Shown: positions 33,656-43,454 of the stretch, one piece after another | How positions within the stretch are numbered: the stretch's first letter is position 1 | Layout: every line of letters begins with the position of its first letter | From: a virus | DNA: 60,871 bases | Virus record (IMG/VR): IMGVR_UViG_3300020138_000001 | Location: 1 to 60,871 of that record | Reading direction: 5' to 3' (one strand) | Made by a program: the position numbers and the translations under genes | Notes under the pieces: generated by a model | The model's database searches: none | What the model was told of the DNA's origin: nothing | The model's input: the letters and a program-made list of their open reading frames with translations, nothing else

Positions 33656-35617
33656 CTATGCTCCGTCAATAGCGTTGTCCATAGCCACTTCGTACTTTGT
33701 CATCTCGGTGTCCAGGTCGATCAGGTCAGAGGATTCGATGCGCGCCGCTTCGGCGTCCAGGTGTGCCGTCGACTTGCCAGCCGCTTCGAGCTGTGCCCGG
33801 TCGCGAACGATCTCTTCGAGCCGCAGCATCTTGGCGTGAAGCTTTTCGAGCTGCATCTCTTCTACGGTCCCGGACGTCACGATGTCGATGATCGTCACGG
33901 TGTCGTGCTTCTCGGAGCCGATTCGGTGGACTCGATCTTCACCCTGCTGGTTATCGATGAGCGACCATGACCGTTGCAACCGAACAAGCGTGTCCGCTGC
34001 CGTCATGTTGAGGCCAACGCCGCCAGCTTTGTAGGTGAACAGCAGGTACGGAAGGTCACCCTTCTGAAACGCCTGCACGGTCGCATCCCGCTGCGCTCCG
34101 GTGACGCCGCCCGTAATCACCCCGTACGGCAGACCAGCCTTCGCCAGTCGGGCCGCTGCAAGGTCGATGAGCTGTCGATGCTCAGCAGCGATTGCCAGCG
34201 GCTTGCCGGGATTGTCTTCGATGATCGACATGAGTTCATCGACCTTCGATGACGGGTCAGTGAGCTTGACTTTCCACGTGGTGATGTCGTCGGGGGTCTC
34301 CCCCTTGTCGACGTCGCACATGGCAGACGACAACTGAAGCAGTCGCGTAGCTGCTGGGAGGTTCCCGTTCATGACCACCTTGTCGCCCGACTCCGTGGTC
34401 AGGACGTACGTGTCCTCCACTTCCTTGTACGCCTTGCGCTGCTTCGGCGTCATCTCCACGTGGCGGATGATGCGCGTTTTCTTCGGAAGCTGTTCGAGCA
34501 CGAGTGCCTTGATCATCCGGCGGAACCTAGCATCCAGCAGGCTCAAGAACTCATCCCGAGTCGCAGGGTTCAGTCCGGTGATCTTCATGCCACCGAACGC
34601 GTCGAATTCCTTGAGCGCGTACCGATCCAGGAACGCCGATTTACGAGGGAAGCCTTCCGGGTCGATCGTGTGCAGGATCGACCACACGTCGCCAGGGTTG
34701 TTCGCCACGGGCGTTCCAGTGAGCGCCCATCGGTACTGAACGGTGGGTCCGTGGAACACCTTCCAAATGGCACGAGATTGGAGCGCCCGAGGGTCTTTGA
34801 CCCTGTGCGCCTCATCAAGCACACACACCTTGAACGGAATCGCGTTCAGCTCTTTTTCGTGCGTCTCGCACTTCGCCGGGGTCAGAGACTCATCTCCTGC
34901 AACCGAGTCGCACTCACGGCACCTTTTCAGGCGGACCGAGCCGTACGCAGCGAGCCGTGAGTGCATGCGCACTGCCTCAATGTTCATGATGATGACGGCT
35001 CGGTCAACGTCCGCAGCTTCATTGATCTGCTTCCGACGCTTCGCAGCCGACCCTTCGACTACCACCGGAGTAGCCTCCGGTAGCCACGTCCGGATCTCGC
35101 GAGCCCAGCTCCGCTTCATTGAGTTGGGGCACACCACGAGCGCAGGATACGCGCTGTCTTCGGACGCCATGTCCGCGCAGCGCAGCGCGGCGAGCGTCTG
35201 CAACGTCTTACCCGAGCCCATCTCGTCGCCCAGCAGCGCGTACTGCGCTTTCACGAGGAAATCGCGGCCGGGGATCTGGAACGGGTACAGCGAGTCGTCA
35301 TGGTCGTTGACCGGCGTGTACGGCTGCTGCGGCTCACGCAGGTTTCGCAGCGCAAGCACTGCGTCTCGACGCTGCTTTTCCAGGCGAGACCAGGCTCCGA
35401 GACGCACCCCAACCTTGAGATCGCTGCCGAGAATCGCTCGCGCCTGCACGCATGCAGCCCAGGACAATGGAAGCGTCCAGCGCTTCACGGAGCTGTCCCA
35501 GACCTTCCCCGGAATCTGCGAAACGAGCGGCTTGTGCATCCACATCGTGTTGTGGATTTCGATGCGGTCCCCTGCTTCGTTCAGCTCTACTATCAGCGGA
35601 TTGCTGTCCATGCTCAT
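33656..35617 (-). CDS. SNF2-family (DEAD/H) helicase
   Basis: Motif I LLGDEMGSGKTLQ and motif II VLDEAHRVKD, with a C-terminal helicase domain. The start (MSMDSNP) overlaps the RuvC-like stop as ATGA. Confidence 0.8.
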   Translation of the reverse strand: MSMDSNPLIVELNEAGDRIEIHNTMWMHKPLVSQIPGKVWDSSVKRWTLPLSWAACVQARAILGSDLKVGVRLGAWSRLEKQRRDAVLALRNLREPQQPYTPVNDHDDSLYPFQIPGRDFLVKAQYALLGDEMGSGKTLQTLAALRCADMASEDSAYPALVVCPNSMKRSWAREIRTWLPEATPVVVEGSAAKRRKQINEAADVDRAVIIMNIEAVRMHSRLAAYGSVRLKRCRECDSVAGDESLTPAKCETHEKELNAIPFKVCVLDEAHRVKDPRALQSRAIWKVFHGPTVQYRWALTGTPVANNPGDVWSILHTIDPEGFPRKSAFLDRYALKEFDAFGGMKITGLNPATRDEFLSLLDARFRRMIKALVLEQLPKKTRIIRHVEMTPKQRKAYKEVEDTYVLTTESGDKVVMNGNLPAATRLLQLSSAMCDVDKGETPDDITTWKVKLTDPSSKVDELMSIIEDNPGKPLAIAAEHRQLIDLAAARLAKAGLPYGVITGGVTGAQRDATVQAFQKGDLPYLLFTYKAGGVGLNMTAADTLVRLQRSWSLIDNQQGEDRVHRIGSEKHDTVTIIDIVTSGTVEEMQLEKLHAKMLRLEEIVRDRAQLEAAGKSTAHLDAEAARIESSDLIDLDTEMTKYEVAMDNAIDGA

Positions 35618-36153
35618 CCTCTCTTCGTGTCGTCGATTTTCATCATAGCATCCATCTTCCTGTTGGGCACATCCAGCCACGCAGGATAGTCCACGTCTTT
35701 GAGCAGCGCATACGCTTGGCGAGCGGCATCCGTCGCGTGTCCCATCTTTGGTGAGTACCATCCGGCATGCTTCAGTGCGGCATCGTTCGCGAATTTGAGG
35801 TTCGCTTTCATGAACTGCCTGATCGCGTTGGAAGTGTGGAGCCGCGCGAAGGCTCGTACCATCCCGGTCACCTCCAGAGCATCAGGCTGCTGCGAGAGTT
35901 TCGCCGTGCGCGCATTGATGACGAAGCGCTCAACGGCAATGTGCACACCCCCATGCCCGTACCGCTCGGACAGATCGATGATCTCCTTGCACAGCACTTC
36001 CGGTGCCTGTTCGCGGTCAAATTCCTGCCAGGCTATGAACGGTTTTGCGCCGCCGGGGGAGAACCCGCCCTGTCGTCCTTCCGGCGCGTACACGAAAAAA
36101 CCCGTGGTTTTGCCGGGGTCGATTCCCACTACGACTATCGGCCTCTTAGACAT
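35614..36153 (-). CDS. RuvC-like Holliday junction resolvase
   Basis: MSKRPIVVVGIDPGKTTGF is a catalytic Asp motif; 179 aa. Confidence 0.7.
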   Translation of the reverse strand: MSKRPIVVVGIDPGKTTGFFVYAPEGRQGGFSPGGAKPFIAWQEFDREQAPEVLCKEIIDLSERYGHGGVHIAVERFVINARTAKLSQQPDALEVTGMVRAFARLHTSNAIRQFMKANLKFANDAALKHAGWYSPKMGHATDAARQAYALLKDVDYPAWLDVPNRKMDAMMKIDDTKRG

Positions 36154-37966
36154 CTTGCTTCTCCGCCCATCTTTTCCCTGTCGCTCCGCCTGACGTCAGC
36201 GGGATCGACAACAACTGATCATCGTTCATGATTTCGTTCATGGTCTCGATTGCATTGCTCACCTCATCGTCGGGCACATCGGCAATCGCTTCGTCATGGA
36301 CCGCGAGCACGAGGTAATCGCCCAGACCTGCGGCATCCAGTTCCAGCAGCTTCATCTTCATGATCTCCGCTGCGAGCCCTTGAATCTGGTAGTTGACCAG
36401 GGGATACAGCTTTTTCGGATCTTCGGCAATGTACCGGCGGCCCGTCATTGGAGATCGCACGTAGGCGACGCCTTCGGACCGGTACCGTCGAGCGGCTTCA
36501 TCCTGCACTGCCCGCTGATGCTTCGGCACTCCCGAGTACGTGCGCTTGAAGTCGGCTGCAAGCTGCTCGATCACTGCGAGCGGCTGATGCGTCGTCCGTG
36601 CGAGCCGTTCGTTCCCCGATCCGTAGTTGGAGGCGTAGACATACGCCTTCGTGTTGCTGCGCCGGGGATCTTTCTTGACGATCGTGGGATCGTCATAGAT
36701 CTTCTGCGTCATGTACGTGAAAAAGTCTCCTGGCTGTGCGAACGCTTCGAACAGTCCGGCATCCTGCGTCAAGTGGGCCATGATCCGCAACTCGATCTGA
36801 TCGAAGTCGAACATCACGAGCGTGGATTCCGGCGACGACACGACGCAGTTGCGAACGACCATCGACAGCGGATCGTCGTCTTCGACTCTCGGGAGCTGCT
36901 GCAAGTTCGGCTTCGACATGGACATGCGGCCGGTGACGACACCGAACGCACCCGTGTCCTGTTCCTTGAATCCGAGTGTGTTGATACTCGGGTGGAGTCG
37001 GCCGTCACGCTCGGAGTACTCAATGAACCGCCGCAGATACGTCGAATCGAGCTTTTCAATCCGCTTGTACTCGTGCAAGAGCTTCACGAGCGGGTGTCCG
37101 ATTCCTTCAAGCGCGAACTTGTCGAGCGACCACGCTCCGCCATCGGTGCGCTTCCACAGATCGACTTTGTCACGTAGCAGTACATCGATGATCTGATCAC
37201 TCGATCGCAGCGAGACGCCGAACTCATCCCGAGCGCGCTGCACGAGACCATCGCGCATTTGCTGGAACTCAACGCGTTTATCGGCGGCGTACGACGCATC
37301 GATGAGCACGCCACGTCGCTCCATGCGGTCGGCTATCCACCCCACTGCCAGTTCGATGTCATAGGCGTGCAGTGCCGTCTGCCGCACCGTGGGCCAGTGA
37401 TGCTCCCACAGGCGCACGGTCAGCACTGGGTCGAGCGCGGCATAGATCCAGTACACGGCGCAGGGACCGGTGGGTGTGATCGGGATCGTGGCCCACGTGT
37501 AGGAACCTGAGCGCATGACCTGCCCGAGCTGCGACTGCATTGCAGCGGCTTTCGCATCGATATGCATCGAACACTGCTGCTTCAACCCGACCGATACTGT
37601 CGGGTCCACAATGTGCGCGAGCACCATCGTGTCATCGATCAGATGCACTGGAATGTGGATGCCGTGATTGCGGAGCATGGCGACGTCGTATCGCGCATTG
37701 TGCGCGACGAACCGGCCGCCCCTGCTGGCCCATCGATCTACTATCGTCTCCGCGAGTCCGAGCCACCGATCAACGGGGATCGCCCACCCGTGCTGTGCGT
37801 CTCCGAACTGCACGAGACGTACGGTGTCGACCTCCGGACTCAGTCCCGTGGTCTCGGTGTCGAATCCCAGGCGCTTGCACGTGAGCCCTTCGAGCCACGT
37901 CATGCACTTCTGCACGTCTTCAAGCGTCTCGACCAGGTGTAGTTGCACACCCTGCATGTTCATCAT
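36146..37966 (-). CDS. Family A DNA polymerase (Pol I-like) with a 3'-5' exonuclease domain
   Basis: Motif A FDFDQIELR, motif B RSNTKAYVYASNYG, motif C LAVHDE, and N-terminal FDTETTGL. The start may instead be at 37957. Confidence 0.85.
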   Translation of the reverse strand: MMNMQGVQLHLVETLEDVQKCMTWLEGLTCKRLGFDTETTGLSPEVDTVRLVQFGDAQHGWAIPVDRWLGLAETIVDRWASRGGRFVAHNARYDVAMLRNHGIHIPVHLIDDTMVLAHIVDPTVSVGLKQQCSMHIDAKAAAMQSQLGQVMRSGSYTWATIPITPTGPCAVYWIYAALDPVLTVRLWEHHWPTVRQTALHAYDIELAVGWIADRMERRGVLIDASYAADKRVEFQQMRDGLVQRARDEFGVSLRSSDQIIDVLLRDKVDLWKRTDGGAWSLDKFALEGIGHPLVKLLHEYKRIEKLDSTYLRRFIEYSERDGRLHPSINTLGFKEQDTGAFGVVTGRMSMSKPNLQQLPRVEDDDPLSMVVRNCVVSSPESTLVMFDFDQIELRIMAHLTQDAGLFEAFAQPGDFFTYMTQKIYDDPTIVKKDPRRSNTKAYVYASNYGSGNERLARTTHQPLAVIEQLAADFKRTYSGVPKHQRAVQDEAARRYRSEGVAYVRSPMTGRRYIAEDPKKLYPLVNYQIQGLAAEIMKMKLLELDAAGLGDYLVLAVHDEAIADVPDDEVSNAIETMNEIMNDDQLLSIPLTSGGATGKRWAEKQDV

Positions 37967-37988
37967 CCTTTCGTCTTTTCACCACGAA

Positions 37989-38012
37989 GGCCGACGTCCG
38001 GAGACGTCGGCC
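37989..38012 (-). terminator. Hairpin ggccgacgtc-cgga-gacgtcggcc between 38026 and the polymerase gene
   Basis: 10-bp perfect stem with only a weak U tract. Confidence 0.35.
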
Positions 38013-38025
38013 CTGAGCATTACTG

Positions 38026-38418
38026 CTACTGCTGCGCGCTGCTCCGGTCGATCCACACGACGCGGTAGGCCACGTGGCCGTGACCGAATCGCAGTTCAGC
38101 GATGCGCTGAATCGAGTCCTGCTCGACGTCGTTGCGGGTGTACTGCACACCGCCTGCGGCAACGATGTTCGCCGCGATGCGCTCGAAGTCCCCGGCGGGG
38201 TCCGGGTCGGCGTCGTTGACGAAGTACTGGAGGTCGATCTCCGGCTTGAACGTCCGCACCGGGAACAGTCGCATGTTCGCGACGTCTCCCAACGCTCCGA
38301 GCGCCGTTCGGAGGTCGTCCAGCAGTTCCGCGTACTGGTCGAGGTACTGTGACTTGCCCTCACCGCTCAGCCGATCGAACCACGGTGCGTCGGACTCGTT
38401 GTAGTGCTCGTTCATCAT
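38026..38418 (-). CDS. Hypothetical protein (130 aa)
   Basis: The ORF has a gaggagaa RBS. No recognisable motif. Confidence 0.5.
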   Translation of the reverse strand: MMNEHYNESDAPWFDRLSGEGKSQYLDQYAELLDDLRTALGALGDVANMRLFPVRTFKPEIDLQYFVNDADPDPAGDFERIAANIVAAGGVQYTRNDVEQDSIQRIAELRFGHGHVAYRVVWIDRSSAQQ

Positions 38419-38521
38419 TTCTCCTCTGTCTCATCCTAGATCGTCTGTCGTCTGCAACGGTGTCCGTCCGACCGACCCCGCACCCCTCCCGAGATCGGCC
38501 GGACTGTCCGCGTAGCCTCCA

Positions 38522-39139
38522 TTATATCTGATAGAGACCCGCAAGCGGGTCTTCGGCCGGGCCGGATCGATCCAACTCAGGGATCACCGGCTCGTACTGG
38601 TCGAGCAGTCGACCGATTGCCGCATCGATGCACGCGGCGTCTCTGAAGGCGGCGGCGTTGTGGCGCGGAATCGAGACCTGTCCCTTGTCGCGCCGGAAAC
38701 CAGGCTTCGTGGGGACGAACAGGCTTCGCAGCACTACTTCGGGGTCATCGGTCCAAACGATCGTGTCGCGCTGCATCTCGCCGTCTACCTGCGACTTTCC
38801 CAACGACACGTACACGTACTGCCACTGAGCGATGGGGCGGAGTCCCGCGCCCGGCTCGTACTCCACCGGCTGTGCCCACAGAATCGCCGTATCCGTCCAG
38901 CGGCACCCCGAACAACGACCCTTCGGCGGCGTTCCGGGCGCATGGTTGTAGTGCGAATCCCGGTAGCTCGTTCCCCACCCCAGTACGCGCGCCTGGAACA
39001 GCTCGGCGGCGTTGTCGTCGGCGGTCAAGAGCTTCAACGGCAGTTCGTCGAGCGCGTCGACGTCCGACGCATACGGGTAGTCCGCCATGAGGTCCGAAAA
39101 CGCCTCAGAACGGATATCAACTGGTTTTGGATTGGTCAC
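38522..39139 (-). CDS. Hypothetical protein (205 aa)
   Basis: GTG start. It is the first gene of the leftward block, divergent from prim-pol. Confidence 0.5.
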   Translation of the reverse strand: MTNPKPVDIRSEAFSDLMADYPYASDVDALDELPLKLLTADDNAAELFQARVLGWGTSYRDSHYNHAPGTPPKGRCSGCRWTDTAILWAQPVEYEPGAGLRPIAQWQYVYVSLGKSQVDGEMQRDTIVWTDDPEVVLRSLFVPTKPGFRRDKGQVSIPRHNAAAFRDAACIDAAIGRLLDQYEPVIPELDRSGPAEDPLAGLYQI

Positions 39140-39252
39140 AATGCGTCATCCTCTCATCATCCTGTCGTCATTGCCTCTGCCGTGGTCGGCCGACTGAATC
39201 GTAGCACGATCGGTTACGATGGTCGGAGACGACAGACGAGAGGAGTTTAGAT

Positions 39253-40191
39253 ATGGCTACTGTGACCTATGAGAGTGTCCGCGCGGCGTCTCCAGGGGCC
39301 GTCGCTTACGCCTGCACCAGGCTCGGTTTCCGGGTGTTCCCGCTGCGGTCGGACACGCTGACGCCGAGCTTCACCGGGTGGCCCGAACGCGCCACCGCCG
39401 ACCTCAACCAGGTTCGAGCGTGGTGGACCGGTGAGTACGCCTCCAGCGGCGTCGGCATCGCCACCGGACCCGAATCGGGCACGTGGGTGCTCGACATCGA
39501 CGTCAAAGAGGTCGACGGCTTCGCGTCGCTCAGGGAGCTGTGCGCTCGCCATCACTGCGGTGTCGAGCCCTTCGTGAACACGATGGTGGTGCGCACGCCT
39601 AGCGGGGGCGCTCACGTGTATTTCCGGTGGAACGAAGCCGCTGGAACGGAAGGCGGCATTCGCAACTCGGCTAAAGCGCTCATGCCCGGTCTGGACGTGC
39701 GCGGCATCCGAGGATACACGCGCGCTCCAGGGCTCTTCGGCTACGCGCTCGTTGAGCGCTCGGGCGTTCGCAGTGTGGCGATGAGCGATGCTCCGGACTG
39801 GCTCACACCGCTGTGCAAGCGGCGGCGCTCCAGCGCTCGGGACGCCCCCACGAACGCCGATGTCCGCGCGCGGTTGAGTGGCGGAAGCGCCGACATGGCG
39901 CGCGCTCAAGCGGCGCACGCAGTGCGAATGCTCCGCAACTGCCCTCCGGGAACGCGCAATGACACGCTCAACCGAACCGCGTTCAAGCTCGGTACGCTGT
40001 CTGCGCTGCACGGATACCCATCGGAGGATGCGGCGCGAGAGTTCTGTTTGGCAGCGCTCAGCGCCGCCGGAGCGAATGACAGTCTGGACCAGCAAACGCG
40101 CACGTTCGCGTCAGGTTGGGAAGCGGGGTGGATAGCGGAATCCGGTACGAAGATGACCGCCGACCGCCACTCGTCCCGCACGGAAGGGTGA
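39253..40191 (+). CDS. Bifunctional primase-polymerase (prim-pol) domain protein
   Basis: GFRVFPLRSD...GW and the catalytic VLDIDVKE; 312 aa. Confidence 0.7.
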   Translation: MATVTYESVRAASPGAVAYACTRLGFRVFPLRSDTLTPSFTGWPERATADLNQVRAWWTGEYASSGVGIATGPESGTWVLDIDVKEVDGFASLRELCARHHCGVEPFVNTMVVRTPSGGAHVYFRWNEAAGTEGGIRNSAKALMPGLDVRGIRGYTRAPGLFGYALVERSGVRSVAMSDAPDWLTPLCKRRRSSARDAPTNADVRARLSGGSADMARAQAAHAVRMLRNCPPGTRNDTLNRTAFKLGTLSALHGYPSEDAAREFCLAALSAAGANDSLDQQTRTFASGWEAGWIAESGTKMTADRHSSRTEG

Positions 40192-40202
40192 GGTAGTAAG
40201 CG

Positions 40203-41828
40203 ATGATCGACGGCCAGCAGGAAAATAACCACAAAGAACCTACCACGCCCGAAATTGACGAATTTACGGCTTCTATCGTCGGCGGTATCGAGCACGTACG
40301 CGAACGGGAGACGCCCGAGCTGCCCGAGTCCACGGCCGTGATCGACATCGACGACGGCATGAAGTTCCTTCCCGAGACGATCGTCATCTCTGGCCCTGTG
40401 CCGAGCCCGAAAGAGCCTGACCAGGTGGCTCGGCTGCTCTTGCACTTGTTCGCCGAAGGTGGTCTCCACCTCAAGCACTGGCGGGACGAGTGGTACCTCT
40501 ACCGCGAAGGGTCGAACGGCGCGCACCTGCGGCTCGGCGGAGCGGACAACCGCTATGCCGTGGCCGATGCGGTGCGGAGTCTGCTTGCCGACGCCACGTA
40601 CCTCGCAGCGACGAAAGACGGGTTCGAGCCGCGTCCGTGGTCGCCCAACACGTCGAGCGTGCGGGAAGTGGTCGAAGCGATGGCGGCGCAGATGCGTCTG
40701 CCCGAAACAATGGGCTCCCCGTCGTGGCTGCGTCGCTCGGAGCTGTCGGCCACGCTTCCGGCCGATGAGGTGACGTGCGTCGCCAACGGGCTGCTGTGGT
40801 GCCCACGGGAGGGCGGCGTGGCAGCGAGGCAGATCGTGCCGCACACGCCGGAGTTCTTCACGGATACGGCGGTCGTGGTCGACTACGACCCCGACGCGCC
40901 TCGGGAGCGCTGGACGGCGTTCCTCAATGAGCTGTGGCCCGGTGATGAGGACTCGCAAGCGCTCTTGCAGGAGTGGTTCGGCTACGTGCTCGCGGGGTCG
41001 ACGGGACTGCACAAGATTCTGACGCTGATCGGGCCCCGGCGCTCGGGCAAGAGCACGATCGCGTGGGTGCTGGAGCAACTGCTAGGCGGCACCTCGCAGG
41101 TCGACCACCCCACTATGGGGCGGCTGGCCGAGCCGTTCGGCCTCGCGCCCATGCTGGGCAAGCGCCTGGCGATCGTGGGGGATGCGCGTATCGGCAAGTC
41201 CGATCCCAGCATCGTTGAAAAGCTGCTCATGATCTCCGGTGAGGACCCGGTGACCGTGAACCGGAAAAACCGGGACGAATTGAACATCAAGCTCGGCGCG
41301 AGGCTCATGATCGTCTCGAACGACATGCCGGACCTGCGGGATACCACCGGGGCGCTCGCCTCCAGGTTCCTTCCGCTGCGCATCCGCGTAGAAGGGTGGC
41401 TCGGGCGCGAGGATTTCACGTTGAAGCGGACGCTCGCCAGCGAGCTTCCCGGCATCCTGACGTGGGCGCTGGAGGGCGCGGACCGACTGTGGAGCCGGGA
41501 AGGGCGCTTCACCATCGGGGAAGCCGTGCAGCAGTCGATGGAGGACGCCGAGCGGCAGGCCAGCCCCATCAAGGCGTTCGCCTCAGACCATCTCGTCATC
41601 GGCTCCGGCAATGAGCCAGAGCCGCCGATGGCGACGAAAGATGAGGTCTACGAGATGTACGCGCTGTGGTGCGCCTCGGAGGGTTTCCTCGTGAAGGGCA
41701 AGAGCGTGTTTTTCCGGGATCTGCTCGCCGCGTATCCGGGTCTGCTGGAGACCGGACGCCACCGGGTGGACGGCAAGCAGCGGCAGATGCTCAGGGGCGC
41801 GCGACTGCGGTCCGGCTCCGAAATCTGA
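40203..41828 (+). CDS. D5/P4-family primase-helicase (SF3 NTPase)
   Basis: Walker A LIGPRRSGKST and Walker B-like LAIVGDAR; 541 aa. Confidence 0.75.
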   Translation: MIDGQQENNHKEPTTPEIDEFTASIVGGIEHVRERETPELPESTAVIDIDDGMKFLPETIVISGPVPSPKEPDQVARLLLHLFAEGGLHLKHWRDEWYLYREGSNGAHLRLGGADNRYAVADAVRSLLADATYLAATKDGFEPRPWSPNTSSVREVVEAMAAQMRLPETMGSPSWLRRSELSATLPADEVTCVANGLLWCPREGGVAARQIVPHTPEFFTDTAVVVDYDPDAPRERWTAFLNELWPGDEDSQALLQEWFGYVLAGSTGLHKILTLIGPRRSGKSTIAWVLEQLLGGTSQVDHPTMGRLAEPFGLAPMLGKRLAIVGDARIGKSDPSIVEKLLMISGEDPVTVNRKNRDELNIKLGARLMIVSNDMPDLRDTTGALASRFLPLRIRVEGWLGREDFTLKRTLASELPGILTWALEGADRLWSREGRFTIGEAVQQSMEDAERQASPIKAFASDHLVIGSGNEPEPPMATKDEVYEMYALWCASEGFLVKGKSVFFRDLLAAYPGLLETGRHRVDGKQRQMLRGARLRSGSEI

Positions 41829-41852
41829 TTACGGAGAGTAGTCAAAATCGGC

Positions 41853-42135
41853 TGTGCAGGGGTCGAGCGGACCCCTGCACAGAACCCCTGCACACGGCTA
41901 CAACGGGTTAAAGTCTAGTAACACAGTCGGGAATAGGGGCGAAAAGTGTGCAGGGATGTGTGCAGGGATGTGTGCAGGGGTCTTGCAGGGGTGGGTAAGG
42001 GCTCTGAGCTGGAGTGTGCAGGGATTGCAGGGGTAATCTCTTAGGTCTGTGTTACATGAGAAAAAATTAGAACATATGTACGTGTAAATAGAATGTGTAG
42101 CTGAAAATGCAACCGACCCCTGCACAGTCTGCACA
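41853..42135. repeat. Iteron array (TGTGCAGGG[G/A] and variants, both orientations) flanking an AT-rich segment; putative replication origin
   Basis: Copies at 41853(+), 41872(-), 41885(-), 41947, 41959, 41971, 41982, 42015, 42024(+), 42117(-) and 42128(-, partial). The AT-rich stretch is 42050..42110. Confidence 0.6.
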
Positions 42136-42192
42136 GCAGGCGCACAGCGGCTCGAAATCTGGCTACACAACGTGACATCCGGAGGAGATGGG

Positions 42193-42723
42193 ATGAGCGA
42201 CGAGACGGACGAAGGAGACGCGCCGCTGCGGCCGTTCTCGGGCGAGCTGAACGTGAGTCCGTGGGATGCGATCCTCAGCGAGGTTCGGCGGTCGGCGTAC
42301 CGGGCCGAGTGGATTGATGAGCGCATCGACATCGACGCGCGGCGGGAACGCCAGCTCATGGAGACGAACGGCGCTGGGTTTGAAGACATGCTCAAGTTCG
42401 AGACGGCCGTGCGGATACGAAGCGATGAGCTGCGCCAGTGGATCGAGCAGAGCCGCAAGGAGCGCGCCCACATGGTCAAAACGGCCGCTGACGCGGTCCG
42501 AGCGGGTCTCAGTGAGCGGTATATCGAGTCGGTGCGCGTTGAGGCTCGGATGATCGCGCAGGCGCTCACACGAGCGCTCGACGCCGCCGAGCTGAGCGAT
42601 GGGCAGCGCGCTCGCGCCAGCGAGGCGCTGCGGGAGGCGCTGAGCGACATGGGGCCGGTTCTGGCCGACCGCCAGGACTCCATGTCTCGCGTGGTCCAGG
42701 TCCGTCCGGAGATCGAGCGTTAA
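42193..42723 (+). CDS. Hypothetical alpha-helical protein (176 aa)
   Basis: ATG after ggaggag; Arg/Glu/Ala-rich helical sequence. Confidence 0.5.
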   Translation: MSDETDEGDAPLRPFSGELNVSPWDAILSEVRRSAYRAEWIDERIDIDARRERQLMETNGAGFEDMLKFETAVRIRSDELRQWIEQSRKERAHMVKTAADAVRAGLSERYIESVRVEARMIAQALTRALDAAELSDGQRARASEALREALSDMGPVLADRQDSMSRVVQVRPEIER

Positions 42724-42931
42724 GGGGTCTGAGAGCAACGCTGACGGACGAACACCCTGTTCCCTATACCCGAGTACCCCTGAAACGGCACAGAGGCTCT
42801 GAGGGGGTTTTGCAGTGGGGAGCGCGAGGCGGGTTGAGCGTGGTCGGCTCAAGTTCGGCCGGGAACGGGGAAAGCTTTCGAGAAGTGTGGTTCCCGCAAG
42901 TAATCTTTGGGCGTGTCTTCTCAGAGCACGC

Positions 42932-42962
42932 AAAAGGGGCGAACCCGTAGGTTCGCCCCTTG
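42932..42962. terminator. Bidirectional terminator between convergent genes
   Basis: aaaa-aggggcgaacc-cgta-ggttcgcccct-t; 11-bp stem. Confidence 0.7.
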
Positions 42963-43040
42963 TCTAACCGCTCATCCCCGCCTGCGGGCAGGGTGGCCGA
43001 TGCTGGCCCCCAGGGCAGCACGTGCTCATGCGATCACCTC

Positions 43041-43244
43041 CTATCCGAACATGCCGGTGTCGATCACGTCATCGCCACCGTGGTCACGTCGCTGATCGCG
43101 AGCGTGCCGCTTGCCCTTCTTGTTTGCGGCCTGGTACACAGCCTTGGCTTTGTCGCGGTCCCGCTTCTCGCGCTGGCTGGTGTAAGGATTCTTACCCTTC
43201 ACACCCTTCATGACCTTGTCGAAGTCATCATTCTTTTTGCCCAT
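43041..43244 (-). CDS. Small, highly basic protein (67 aa)
   Basis: Lys/Arg/Asp-rich; TAATG coupling to the upstream gene. Confidence 0.5.
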   Translation of the reverse strand: MGKKNDDFDKVMKGVKGKNPYTSQREKRDRDKAKAVYQAANKKGKRHARDQRRDHGGDDVIDTGMFG

Positions 43245-43411
43245 TACTTTCCTTTCATCACCTGATCGGCTGCTTTGATCACAGCATCGAGTCCTTTGAT
43301 CCTGCGCTTGTCCGAGCTGCTGAGCTTCTTACCCGCGTCGCGGTAGATCGCTGCGCGCTCGGCAATGGCACTGGCACGAGCCTTCTTGGCTTCGTTCTTA
43401 GTGATTTTCAT
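43244..43411 (-). CDS. Small basic protein (55 aa)
   Basis: Start MKITKNEAKK after gacgaaaggacgacgg. The longer upstream extension is rejected. Confidence 0.5.
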   Translation of the reverse strand: MKITKNEAKKARASAIAERAAIYRDAGKKLSSSDKRRIKGLDAVIKAADQVMKGK

Positions 43412-43435
43412 CCGTCGTCCTTTCGTCTGTGTGCA

Positions 43436-43454
43436 GCAACTATAACATAATGAT
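43436..43454 (-). promoter_or_regulatory. Promoter-like box (minus strand atcattatgttatagttgc)
   Basis: Shares ATTATGTTATA with the box at 58503..58519. Confidence 0.4.

Noticed and set aside
35618-35761. N-terminal extension of the SNF2 ORF (track start 35761)
   Set aside because: It would overlap the RuvC-like gene. The internal ATG at 35617 forms an ATGA overlap with the RuvC-like stop.
20589-39139. The leftward block as an integrated foreign island or prophage-in-phage because of the tRNAs and FtsK-like gene
   Set aside because: It has the same GC content, the same leader motif and the same promoter-like boxes as the rest of the genome. It also holds the phage's only replication genes and has no recombinase or flanking direct repeats.
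41947-42033. The regularly spaced short repeats could be a CRISPR array
   Set aside because: The repeat units are only about 10 bp with 2-bp gaps, occur in both orientations, and have no spacers or cas genes. They fit iterons instead.
42764-43021. 85-aa minus-strand ORF in the 42.7-43.0 kb gap
   Set aside because: It would be translated through the stem of the bidirectional terminator (42932..42962), lacks the usual leader or RBS, and has an implausible composition.
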